Made by a program: the position numbers and the translations under genes
Assembly: GCA_951406725.2 (NCBI GenBank)
Contig: OX597816.1
Location: forward strand, 39,804,001 to 39,868,000
Direction: 5' to 3'
DNA length: 64,000 nucleotides
From: Octopus vulgaris
Taxonomy: Eukaryota
Part shown: positions 53,765 through 64,000 of the stretch, one piece after another
Layout: every line of letters begins with the position of its first letter
Numbering within the stretch: the stretch's first letter is position 1
Notes under the pieces: model-generated
Database searches by the model: none
Told to the model about the DNA's origin: nothing
Seen by the model: the letters and a program-made list of their open reading frames with translations, nothing else

Positions 53765-55500
53765 GAAAGTTAAAGACATCGGCGGCAACGTTCTGCGCCA
53801 ATTAGAAAAACAAATCAAACCCAAGATTTCCTATGGTTTTTCTCTGGTACTCGAACCAGCTGACATATCTGACAATTTAGAGTTAATATTGTTCACAAAG
53901 ATGAATTAATGCTGACTGTGAAGTGACGGAAGAACTAACTTCATTGAGTATCATTCGCAGAAGAACTACTACTGAATAAATTTTCAAATAGATGAAGAAA
54001 ACATTGACTAAGCACAATCTAGCTTGGAGCTTTCAAAGTGTATTGCGACTGATGACAGAAAATATGTGTGGTGAAGGAAAATGTGAATTAAAAGGTTATG
54101 TTGGACAGGATCACAAACGGTTTCGGACTGATTGGACACAACCAAACACACTGTGCCTCGTCTTCTCCTCCCATGTGGTGCTCTTGGTCATCAACGACAA
54201 CGACGGACCAAATAATAAATAATACTCGTGACGATATGAGATGTGGAGTTTCACTATATCATTCATCAACAGGAACTTTACAGAAACATTTAGATCTTTT
54301 GAGCGTGAAAACACCAGTTCAGCTCTGCCTCTTCAGACCTTTAGCTAGTTTTTGTTTCATACGTTCTGAAATAAAGCTTTTCTTTCATAAATCCCAATTG
54401 ACTCTGATAGCTGACAAAAATTGGTGATGTGTATCGTATATGATACATGGACACCACGAAAATGCGTCCTGTGAATCAAATGCGATACACAGGACAGGCA
54501 AAAGATTAAGTGAATTTTATTTGATTGCTATAATCAAGTACCGTCAAATTCGAACATTCTTTTAGAAGTAAAAGAAGCTGAACATAAGAATTTGTAAGGT
54601 GGTGTAGCAGAGTTAAAGTTAGGTCACAATTTTTTAAAACTACGGACGGAGGTTAACATTTGTTTTTTAAATGACAAAGTCGTGCTCAGCTGCTTTTCGC
54701 AAACAGCGAACGGGTGTGGAAATTTACATTCTCAGCTGGCTAAATAGCGGAACCTTCACAAGTTCTGTCTTCAGGTATAAGGCGATTCTGGGTTTATATG
54801 TACTATATATATATACTCTGCAGTGAAAGCTTTCCAGTGAAAATTAACCTTTCCCTCCCAATCCCAGTTAATGATAAATAACTTCAACCATCTACTTGAT
54901 GCGAAAAATACACCCAAAAATTAAATTCATTTATTTTCGAATTCACTCAAGAGATTCTAAAGCCAGTTTCGACAATGTTTTTCACATCCATCCATCCATT
55001 TTCTCGGCTATTCTTTGGAGAGTCATAGGGGTAGAGTCCTCAGTCCCCTTCATAGGGACCTCTCAGAAGCAACCGTCGTTAGACTTTCCGGCTGGATTCC
55101 GAAGCGTGACCAAATGAAACTATTTATTTCTTTGTCTACCCCGAGGTCTCCTGCTGTTTGGATCGGCTTGAACAAGCTATTTCTTATTCGGTCCATAATA
55201 CTGGTGCAGTGATCTCTCGATGCGGAGAAATAACGGCTCGATCTGGAGAGACTCAATGAATATGTGAAAGCATCAAAAATCTTTCAAAATCCATTTTAAC
55301 AGCAACACCGAGAAATTTCCATCCGATCTTTAACTGCAAGATATTAATCTGCAGTCAAAAATCTGCGTTAAAAAAGAAAACAAGTATAAAATGGAAACAT
55401 TGACTGACTTCGTTAAATTTTTCCCAGACGATTATATTTCTTTGACTTTGCTCAGGGCGAATTTTAATATTCAGCATAACCTATTTATGTGACATAAAAA
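53765..55500 (+). pseudogene. GTF2IRD2/SPIN-like hAT transposase remnant
   Basis: GFSLVLEPADISDNLELILF resembles FSLALDESTDISD.AQL.IF; heavily frameshifted, boundaries approximate. Confidence 0.55.
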
Positions 55501-55740
55501 TGTTCAATCTTGATGCATATTAAATTCATTTGCCTGATTACTCTTGCGGTAAGCTGTGATTACTGATCTACAAAATTAGAAATACAATTCAGCAATGTTT
55601 TGTTCCTCTCTCTGTAGAAACCAGTTCTTATTGATTAATGTTAGACTGAAGTTTATGTAAGTATATACTTCTAACCACATCTCTCTGTTCCCCTCTAATC
55701 ACTTTTTCTTTTTCAGTCTCCTCCTTTACATTTCTTCTAT

Positions 55741-55778
55741 TCTATTTTGATAAAGGACTAGAGCCCGAAACGTCAAGA
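55741..55778 (+). ncRNA. Degenerate minimal hammerhead
   Basis: ..ttgataa-aggactagagccc-GAAA-CG-TC-aaga; the downstream tail resembles that of the 61773-61957 cassette. Confidence 0.4.
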
Positions 55779-56555
55779 TTTCTTCCCTTCCTTAAACGCT
55801 AAGCTAATACAACATTTGTTACAAGTCATTCTTGCATTGTCTATTTTTTTTGGTTTGTTTTATGTTCATTGCTTTCATTTTTCTAAACTAAAAAATATTA
55901 AAGCGATTAAAAAAAAATAGAAACAAGCTACTTCCATAGCTTTGTATGATTATGGTCTTTTTTTTTAAATCAACCTTTGCTCACCTGACATAAAAATATT
56001 TCCAATCCAGCCCTCCTCCAAAAAGGTTTGTCATCCCTTTCTATATCGATACTGCTAGTACATTGACAATTAGTAAACATGATTGAATTAACTTCAGTTT
56101 ATTACTAGCACTGACGAATATCGAACTACGTGTCTGTCTGTTTCGAGTAGAATGTCCTACATACTATATCCAACCAACTTATTCCAATAATTTACTTGTT
56201 TATCTCGAATCGAGGTGTCATCCTAAGTATCAACTAGTTACACATCGAGCGATTCAAATCATCAAGATATAATAGTTTCATATTCTAACTAGGTTATTAA
56301 ATTTGTTGATGACTTGTATTTCCTTAAAGCTGTTGCCCAAAACTGACCTTGACATGCTACTGGAGTTAGAAGTACACCTAACAGCAGACAGTTTCTAAGC
56401 TTGGAGGAGCAATAACCAAGTAAGTTTTATGCTGTGTGATTTCTAAACCAGTGGCTTGTAACAGGATGAGAGGTCTGTAACACTTGATGGATGCAGCTCG
56501 CATCCTTTACATTAAAATATTAATCGAAGGAAAAGCCAAGACTTCCGATTATTTT

Positions 56556-56973
56556 TACTCTTTACTCTCTTTTACTTGTTTCAGTCATTTGACTGCGGCT
56601 ATGCTGGAGCACAGCCTTTAATCGAGCAACTCGAAACCCGGGACTTATTCTTTGTAAGCCTAGTACTTATTCTATCGGTCTCTTTTGCCGAACCGCTAAG
56701 TGACGGAGACATAAACACACCAGCATCGGTTGTCAAGCGATGTTGGATGGGACAAACACAGACACACAAACACACACACACACACACATATATATATTTA
56801 TATATATATACGACGGGCTTCTTTCAGTTTCCGTCTACCAAATCCACTCACAAGGCTTTGGTCGGCCCGAGGCTATAGTAGAAGACACTTGCCCAAGGTG
56901 CCACGCAGTGGGATTGAACCCGGAACCATGTGGTTGGTAAACAAGCTACTTACCACACAGCCGCTCCTGCGCC
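56556..56973 (-). mobile_element. SINE family A
   Basis: Full-length homolog. Confidence 0.9.
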
Positions 56974-57629
56974 TATCTTCTTAACAAAATAAATATTTTT
57001 TTCCGGATTCGCAATATATACATTTTTTCTTCAGGGCGAATCGACAGTCTAGGGGTTCGTCGCAGTAGTCAAGTGGAGTGAGCCAAATCCTGTCCGTTCA
57101 AGCATAGCGTAGCAACGCCACGTGGTGTGGCTTGAGAGAGCTGCTAGAACACGTCCGTCCTGATTGGCTGTCAGCATTTGAGAGACCGATACGCGGGAAA
57201 TTTTGCTGCTGCTAGTTTTCTGCGCATGCGCATGAGCGCATGAAGGGAGTTTCGGCAGGCCTCCCGGAAGAATCCAGCTCTGCGCATGCGTGCTGGAGAT
57301 TTCCAAAATAGCGTCACTACAGGCTGTTGTATCGAACAAAAGGTTCTCTTGCCAGACGTCGTCAAATGTTTTGCTGATGATAATTACAGCATCATTGCTT
57401 TCGCAAATGTATTTTCGTGAATTTTCTGCTGGTGAGGGTTCACTAGTGAGTAACATGGGAAACAGGTTCCCCACTAGATCTGGTGTTGGTTAGATAGAAG
57501 CTGTACTTGTGATCACCGAAGATAAAGATAGAATGAGTGAGGGGAGGAGGAAAGAGATAGTGAGAGAGAGAGAGAGAGAGAAGAAAGGGGGGACAGAGAT
57601 GACTCAAAGTGTCGGAGAAAGAAATTTTG

Positions 57630-58245
57630 GTTAATGTTTACATCTTGACCCGGAGATGAAAATCAAAAAAAAAAAAATACTGGAATGGGTGTAAAACAAT
57701 GTGTAGGAAACGAATAGGGAAAAAAATGCGGAAAATTCACAAAATCCGAGTTTTTCCTTCATAACTTTTAGGAAAATGGGGAATTTTTGATGAAATTTTA
57801 TAGAAATACCATTCAAAGGGCATACATTACAATTATAAAGAAATTTATGGGGAAAATCTTTTCCAAGGGGGGTGGGGAGAGGACTTCGGAAAATTCACAA
57901 AATCCGAGTTTTTCCCTCATAACTTTTAGGAAAATGGGGATTTTTTAATGAAATTTTATAGAAATACCATTCACAAAATCCGAGCTTTTCCCTCATAACT
58001 TTTAGGAAAATGGGGGTTTTTTTCAATAAAATTTTATATTTCTATAAAATTTCATTGAAAAATCCCCATTTTCCTAAAAGTTATGAGGGAAAAGCTCGGA
58101 TTTTGTGAATTTTCTGAAGTCCTCTCTCCACCCTCCCATTGCTTTGCACGCATTTTTTTTTCATATTCGTTTCCTACACATTGTTTTACACCCATTCCAG
58201 TATTTCTTTTGGATTTTCATTTCCGGGTCAAGATGGAAAACTTTA
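57630..58245. repeat. Large imperfect palindrome with internal tandem subrepeats
   Basis: catcttgacccgg..tactggaatgggtgtaaaacaatgtgtaggaaacgaata is mirrored at about 58165-58235. The unit ttcacaaaatccgag..cataacttttaggaaaatggg occurs 3 times forward and once inverted. Confidence 0.8.
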
Positions 58246-58540
58246 ACCGAATTTTTTAACAGTTGTTTCAATCACGTTTTTACGGTATGAGATGTTGACT
58301 ATCGATAGATCGAAAGTTAACAGGATCAGAGAGGTTGCACTCCCTAAGACTATGATACTACATAGCACGTATTGTGCGTACCCACAATACAACATATATA
58401 TATACATATGAGTGCATATACTCACACTCCTATACATATAAAATATACATTTACATAATGATATAAATAAATAATATAAATATTGTGGGTACGCACCCAC
58501 ACCCATGTGGGTATATATGTAGACTGAGTTATATTACATA

Positions 58541-58667
58541 ATCTCCGAAGAGGCCTTGTGATATTTTTGTTAATGTCTCATTTATATCTATATATTGACC
58601 AACCATAAAGGGCTAATATTGGTAAAATGAGACATAATTATCGACATGGCCGAAACAGCTGTAAGAT
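58541..58667 (+). ncRNA. Type I hammerhead-like motif with variant core and long stem II extension
   Basis: ATCT-CCGAAGA-GGCC...(about 90 nt including atgtctcattt/aaatgagacat)...GGCC-GAAA-C(AGCT)G-TA-AGAT. Core has U4->C. Confidence 0.7.
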
Positions 58668-59232
58668 CTAATTTATACTTATATTTATATTTACTTGTAT
58701 TATATTCTCTTTTTTATATATATTCTACTTATTATACAACATTACTCTTTTATGTACACTTTTTTATGTACATTCCTTTATGTACACTGATTTGCTCTGC
58801 TTTTTATATTTAACCCTACAGTCTCTTATGTGGTGGTTTAATAAAGTATGTGATTAAGTACTATCTGGTAATTGATATTTGATTTAGATGTATTTCTCCA
58901 TTTTCTTATCTTGTATTAGTAATTTGTGGTAGATCATTTTACCTTTGCCCATATAATACAGTAAACGAATTGATTGCATCGCAATCATTAACATTTATGT
59001 ATTAACTTTGTTGGGTACTTCACTAGCAGTATATTGGATATACGTTATCCCATAGAGGGTTGCATTTACAAATCTCAATTTGTAACTATAGTTAACTTTC
59101 TGAGGAATATGAATTGCTAATGCTTGTATACTTGAAGCATCCACTCATTACTCTAAGTACTGACAGAGTATGTGAATACACCCAAGTATAGTACATTTAT
59201 TCCTGTTATTATATATATTATATTATATATTA

Positions 59233-60079
59233 CTAGCAGAATTGCCCGGCGTTGCTCGGGGCTGGATTGCTTGAAAGTACTGTTAATGATTGCACTGAAT
59301 TATGATGATTATTCAGGCAAATATTGATATAAGCTTATGGTGGGAGATAAGAACTTAACGATCAAACGTGTGCCATTGCATTGTTTTGGGGGAACCAAAT
59401 TTCTGATGAGCATTATAGGGGCACCAACTTTAAGTTTGAGAAAGTGTGGTGGTAGTCCGGGGTGCTCAAAGGAATTGAGTACCTCTATTGGATAGTTGAT
59501 GACGTCCTCTGGGTCAGGAGTTGTATCGATAGACTGATATACATAGACTTCCCCAGGAATGAGTTTTAGCATTTCATCATTAATATGGTGAACAGTTTTA
59601 TTCCTCGGGGCCAGTATAGCCTTTTTGCCAATCCAATCCATATTCTGATAATTAGCTTGTAGATCTGGGAACACTGCATCTCTGAGATCAGAAGGCGTCT
59701 TAACAATGGTACAAATGGAATCGATGGCAATATTACCATTTTCATCCCCTGGTATTTTGCCTTCGCCATGTGCAAGGAGGGTGTGAGGAAATGCTGCTGA
59801 TGTGATATTACGTCGCATATGAGCACGCATATTGGTGTGAAGTTTGATAGTTACTTCCGTTTATTTAAAAAAATATGCATTAAAATGGAAAAAAAATGAT
59901 GGTAAATTATTTGTAAAATCATAGACTCATCGTAGACGCGCGCTAATACCTAGAAAGGCTCGATATGAATCACGACTATAAGATACCCGGTTTTGGTTAA
60001 ACTGCATCGCAAAATGTGGGAGTAGTTAGGAATCTAAATCGGAGTAGACAGACACACAACCTTTCTTTTATATATAAAT
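59233..60079 (-). mobile_element. Helitron H1 derivative carrying a Pif1-type helicase fragment (59309-59830)
   Basis: H1 5' module at 59870-60079; hairpin and CTAG at 59233. ORF contains KKAILAPRN, YPIEVLNS..PGLPPHFLKLKVGAPIMLIRNL..CNGTRL, hallmark RepHel/Pif1 sequence. Confidence 0.9.
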
Positions 60080-61320
60080 ATTTTCGTCCTAAAAAACTTT
60101 GTATGGATTGAATGGTTACCTCTATGGAAATATATACACGCACATTATACATACATCTGTGTATAGATGAATATATAAATACATTTAAATATCTATATAC
60201 ACTTTTGGGCGATCTCTGTGCTACTTAGAGATAACTTTAGATCTTATTTTCGTCCTAAAAAACTTTGTGCAGAGTGAATGGTTACGTGTATGGAAATATA
60301 TACACACACATTATACATACATCTGTGTATAGATGAATATATAAATACATTTAAATATCTATATACACTTTTGGGCGATCTTTCTGCTACTTGGATATAG
60401 GGGCGATGTTTCGCTTGTCGTAGCACACGTTTCCGTCGATTTCTGTAAAAAATGTAAACACTGAATCGGCCATACATACATACACACACACATACATACA
60501 CACACACACACACACATACATGCATACATACATATACACATACACCGAGTAAAAAATTTCAGTTATCTCTCTCTTTCACACATTACTCTCTCTGTCTCTT
60601 CACACACACTAACAGAAGCACTTCACTTACACAACATACTGTCTGTCTCCCACACTCCATCAAACACACACACACACACACATGTACATCAATGCGTCCC
60701 ATGCACGGTAACTTCAAAAGAACTTCCCTCGTCATACAATCGCTTTCTCTTAGTCTCTTTCGCTCTCATTACTTATGTAAAAAAATAAAAGTTTTTTACG
60801 GAAATCGACGGAAACCTGTGCTACGACAAGCGAAACATCGCCGATATAGGTCTTATATTCGTCCTAAAATACTTTCCTGTCACACACTCACGCACACGCA
60901 CGCACACACACACGCACACACACGCAACGTTAGCTTACAATTTTATTTATATATTTGCGTGTCTATGTGTGTAAACAGGAAGTGGCAGAGTGAAAGAGTC
61001 ACTCACTACAAAAGGTGAATTACTTTCATTTTATTCGTTGCACACTGTGTGTGTGCGTGTGCGTGTGGTGTAAAACACATTAAGAAAAGCATTTGACATA
61101 CACACCAGAATGTGAGTTTTCTGTAAATTTTGCTTAATTGGAGTTTAAATTTTAAAAAGTGGACCTGGCAAAACCCGATGCATTCTACTCTTAAAAATGC
61201 TAAGTAAATTGTAATTGAAGAAATCCTATATTGTAGATTTCTATAACTGACAAAGGGAGGCAGATAAAATCTGCCTTTTATAATAAGAGATATATTATAT
61301 ATATTATATAATATATAAAT

Positions 61321-61704
61321 TCTCTTTTACTTGTTTCAGTCATTTGACTGCGGCCATGCTGGAGCACCGCCTTTAGTTGAGACTTATTCTTTGTTAGCCC
61401 AGTACTTATTCTATCGGTCACTTTTTGCCGAACCGCTAAGTGACGGGGACGTAAACACACCAGCATCGGTTGTCAAGCAATGCTAGGGGGACAAACACAG
61501 ACACACAAACACACGCATACAATAATATATATATACATATATACGACATGCTTCTTTCACTTTCCGTCTATCAAATCCACTCACAAGGATTTGGTCGGCC
61601 CGGGGCTATAGCAGAAGACACTTGCCCAAGGTGCCACGCAGTGGGACTGAACCCGTAAACATTTGGCTGGTTAGCAAGCTACTTACCACACAGCCACTCC
61701 TGCG

Positions 61705-61707
<3 letters not shown>
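61321..61707 (-). mobile_element. SINE family A
   Basis: Near full-length homolog. Confidence 0.9.
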
Positions 61708-61775
<68 letters not shown>

Positions 61776-61862
61776 GGAGAATTCACAAAAAACAAAAGAC
61801 GAAGACACGTGGTGTAGACAACAAACAAATGTATTAGTATAACGCTCGGGAAGTGAAAAAGT

Positions 61863-61898
61863 CTTTAACGTTTCGAGCCTACGCTCTTCCACAGAAAG
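61863..61898 (-). ncRNA. Minimal type I hammerhead motif, variant core
   Basis: Minus strand: CTTT-CTGTGGA-A-GAGC(gtag)GCTC-GAAA-CG-TT-AAAG, inside a ~185-bp cassette (about 61773-61957) flanked by (TA)n. Confidence 0.6.
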
Positions 61899-64000
61899 GA
61901 ACACAGAAAGAAACAAGGAGAGAAGATAAAGAATGTGTAATGGCTAGCGATCTATCATATATATATATATAAACAGCGCGACACCTATGATTCAAAAGTT
62001 CAGGCCTGATACCTATATTACAAAGAATTATTTTAATCCGATCTTAAGGCGGCGAGTTGGCAGAATCTTTAGCTTATAGGATAAAATGCTTGGTAGCATC
62101 TTCTCCCAGTTCTTTAAGCTCTAAGTTCAAATTCTGCCAAGGACAGCTTTGCCTTTCATCTTTCCGAGATCGATAAAATAAGTATTAATTGAGGAGTTGG
62201 GCCGATGTAATCGACTAACCTCCGCTCGTAAAAATTTCTGGCCTTGTACCAAAATCTGAAACCATATCAATCTGAGCTTACCAAGTAAAGGCAACAGCTT
62301 CAGGCATATTTCGGATTTATAAGACATGATAATGCAAAACCCCGCTTTGTACACACCAAAATAAGTTATAAGAGAACCAATATATAAAAGTATTAGTAAT
62401 TTTTTCCTGAATACAGTAAGTATGGTGACACAGACTTAAATTATTTTTGCTGCGGATGGAATCCCTGGGTAAGTCGCTACATCTGCTGACTTCTTTCATT
62501 TTTTTCTTTTCACTGTAACTTGCAGCTTGCTACAAAACACAAGACGTTCAACAGAGTTGAGTCGCAGAATTAATATACAAATTAATGAAAAAATAAGTAT
62601 TATTTTTTTAGTTGCTATTTTTACAGTAACCCTTAGTTAACTCAGATCTAACAGACCCATGGATCAAAGATATTCTAAGAGCAATCATCCCAACCTTACC
62701 TAACCCAGTGTATCCCACCACACCTGTTTTGAGGATAGGACGGTGTGATTTAGGGAAATTTGGCTGCCTTTTCTAGAGGAACAATTATACGAAATTCTTG
62801 ACCCTTGAGTCAATTCGTAATTTCTGCCGATAATAAATGTTCGTTACAAATCCTGTTTTTAGAAATAGTAATTTCAAAGTAATGTCCCTTGAATTTCTTT
62901 TAAAGTTGCTTCCCTTCATCTAAACCAATTTTGTAGTCGGTAAAATTACTCTCAGAAACAAAATGATATTTATGGTACTTCTGATTTTAGAAATATTATT
63001 AGATAATTAATCAATTAATGTTTTTTTCTTCCCTATTTTTTTTCTGTCTTCAGCAGTGATTTCTCAAAATATGTTTGAAAGATTGACATTTCTCTTTCTC
63101 TAAAGGGAAAATTTGCAATTTATTTTTCGATGGTGAGAAAAATAACCCAATTTACAAAAAAGTAAACAGCTGGAAAATAGTTTTAAATAAAGAGTAAAAA
63201 AACCCAGAAATCTGCAAATGAACAAAATAAGAACGTGCACACTCATACATTGCGCCAGAGGGCACTGGTATTCTCCATTTAAAAGAGCAAAACACTTAAT
63301 GACATTACTACAGCAATTGCAAGCCTGAGGCATTGGATTAGCAAGATACCTTCCCAAGTATCATCTGATACTTCAATGAAATGGGATTCTACCGAAGTCA
63401 AAAACCTTTCTTGTCATCAGTACTCTCCAACATCCCAAAAACCGTAGGGAGAAAAAGTAATTACTGGAATTTCAGTGACTTATTTTATTTGGCTACTGAC
63501 GCAGTAAGCCTCACCTCCAAACGCAGTTTCGAAGAGTTGTGATGGAGAAGAAAAGAAAAAAAGGTACAGAGAAGAAAGAAAGTCGCAAATGCTGAAATTT
63601 CCTACAAAGCATCTCTATTTAGTTTAGATGCGAAGAGTGAGTCCATTGGGTTTCTTCTTGTTGTATTCGGATGATTATACTGGTTCCAGAATTGAAGGAA
63701 TCTTTACCCTAGCCATGGCTCATTTAATGATAAAAGTGATCCTGTTGTAACAACTAAAGTGCATTTCATTAAAATGACAATCTGTAAAAAAACTCCAGAA
63801 TTGTAAGACTTACTATAATGGACACATCATTTCCTTACATCACCTCCAACTCTGAAGTCGGTGGAAATGAGGAACCTATCTGGGCTAAATAAACCACTGC
63901 TGGCTGCCACAGGTGAAGCTTCAGTCTAATCTATAGAAAATTTGGCATTCACAGAAAATTGGCAACATCCTAAGTATTGATTAGATTGATCAAAAAAGAC

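Noticed and set aside
57049-57474. 141-aa minus-strand ORF
   Set aside because: No recognisable domain; explained by locally higher GC.
63180-64000. Higher-complexity stretch that might be a coding or transposon remnant
   Set aside because: No motif could be assigned by eye; needs a translated search.

Overview
AT-rich, repeat-dense eukaryotic DNA. The SINE families and the (TA)/(CA)/(TATC)/(CATA) microsatellite load suggest a coleoid cephalopod, most likely Octopus; this is inferred, not searched. There is one intact protein-coding unit, a single-coding-exon class A GPCR at 41750-42745 (+). The rest is mostly mobile-element material: three abundant tRNA-type SINE families with swapped modules, a family of non-autonomous Helitrons (one copy retains a Pif1-helicase fragment), degraded hAT, Tc1/mariner, RTE, R4-like and Penelope elements, and a 17-bp minisatellite. 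The main unannotated signal is at least 8 type I hammerhead ribozyme motifs from several families (about 4 with intact or near-intact cores). Most lie in short non-coding, often fold-back cassettes inserted in (TA)n tracts, consistent with non-autonomous Penelope-derived (pLTR/retrozyme-like) elements. A 5'-truncated U6 snRNA copy is fused directly to a full-length SINE. Nearly all short ORFs in the track are microsatellite or SINE artefacts. All calls were made by eye; boundaries of degraded elements are approximate.
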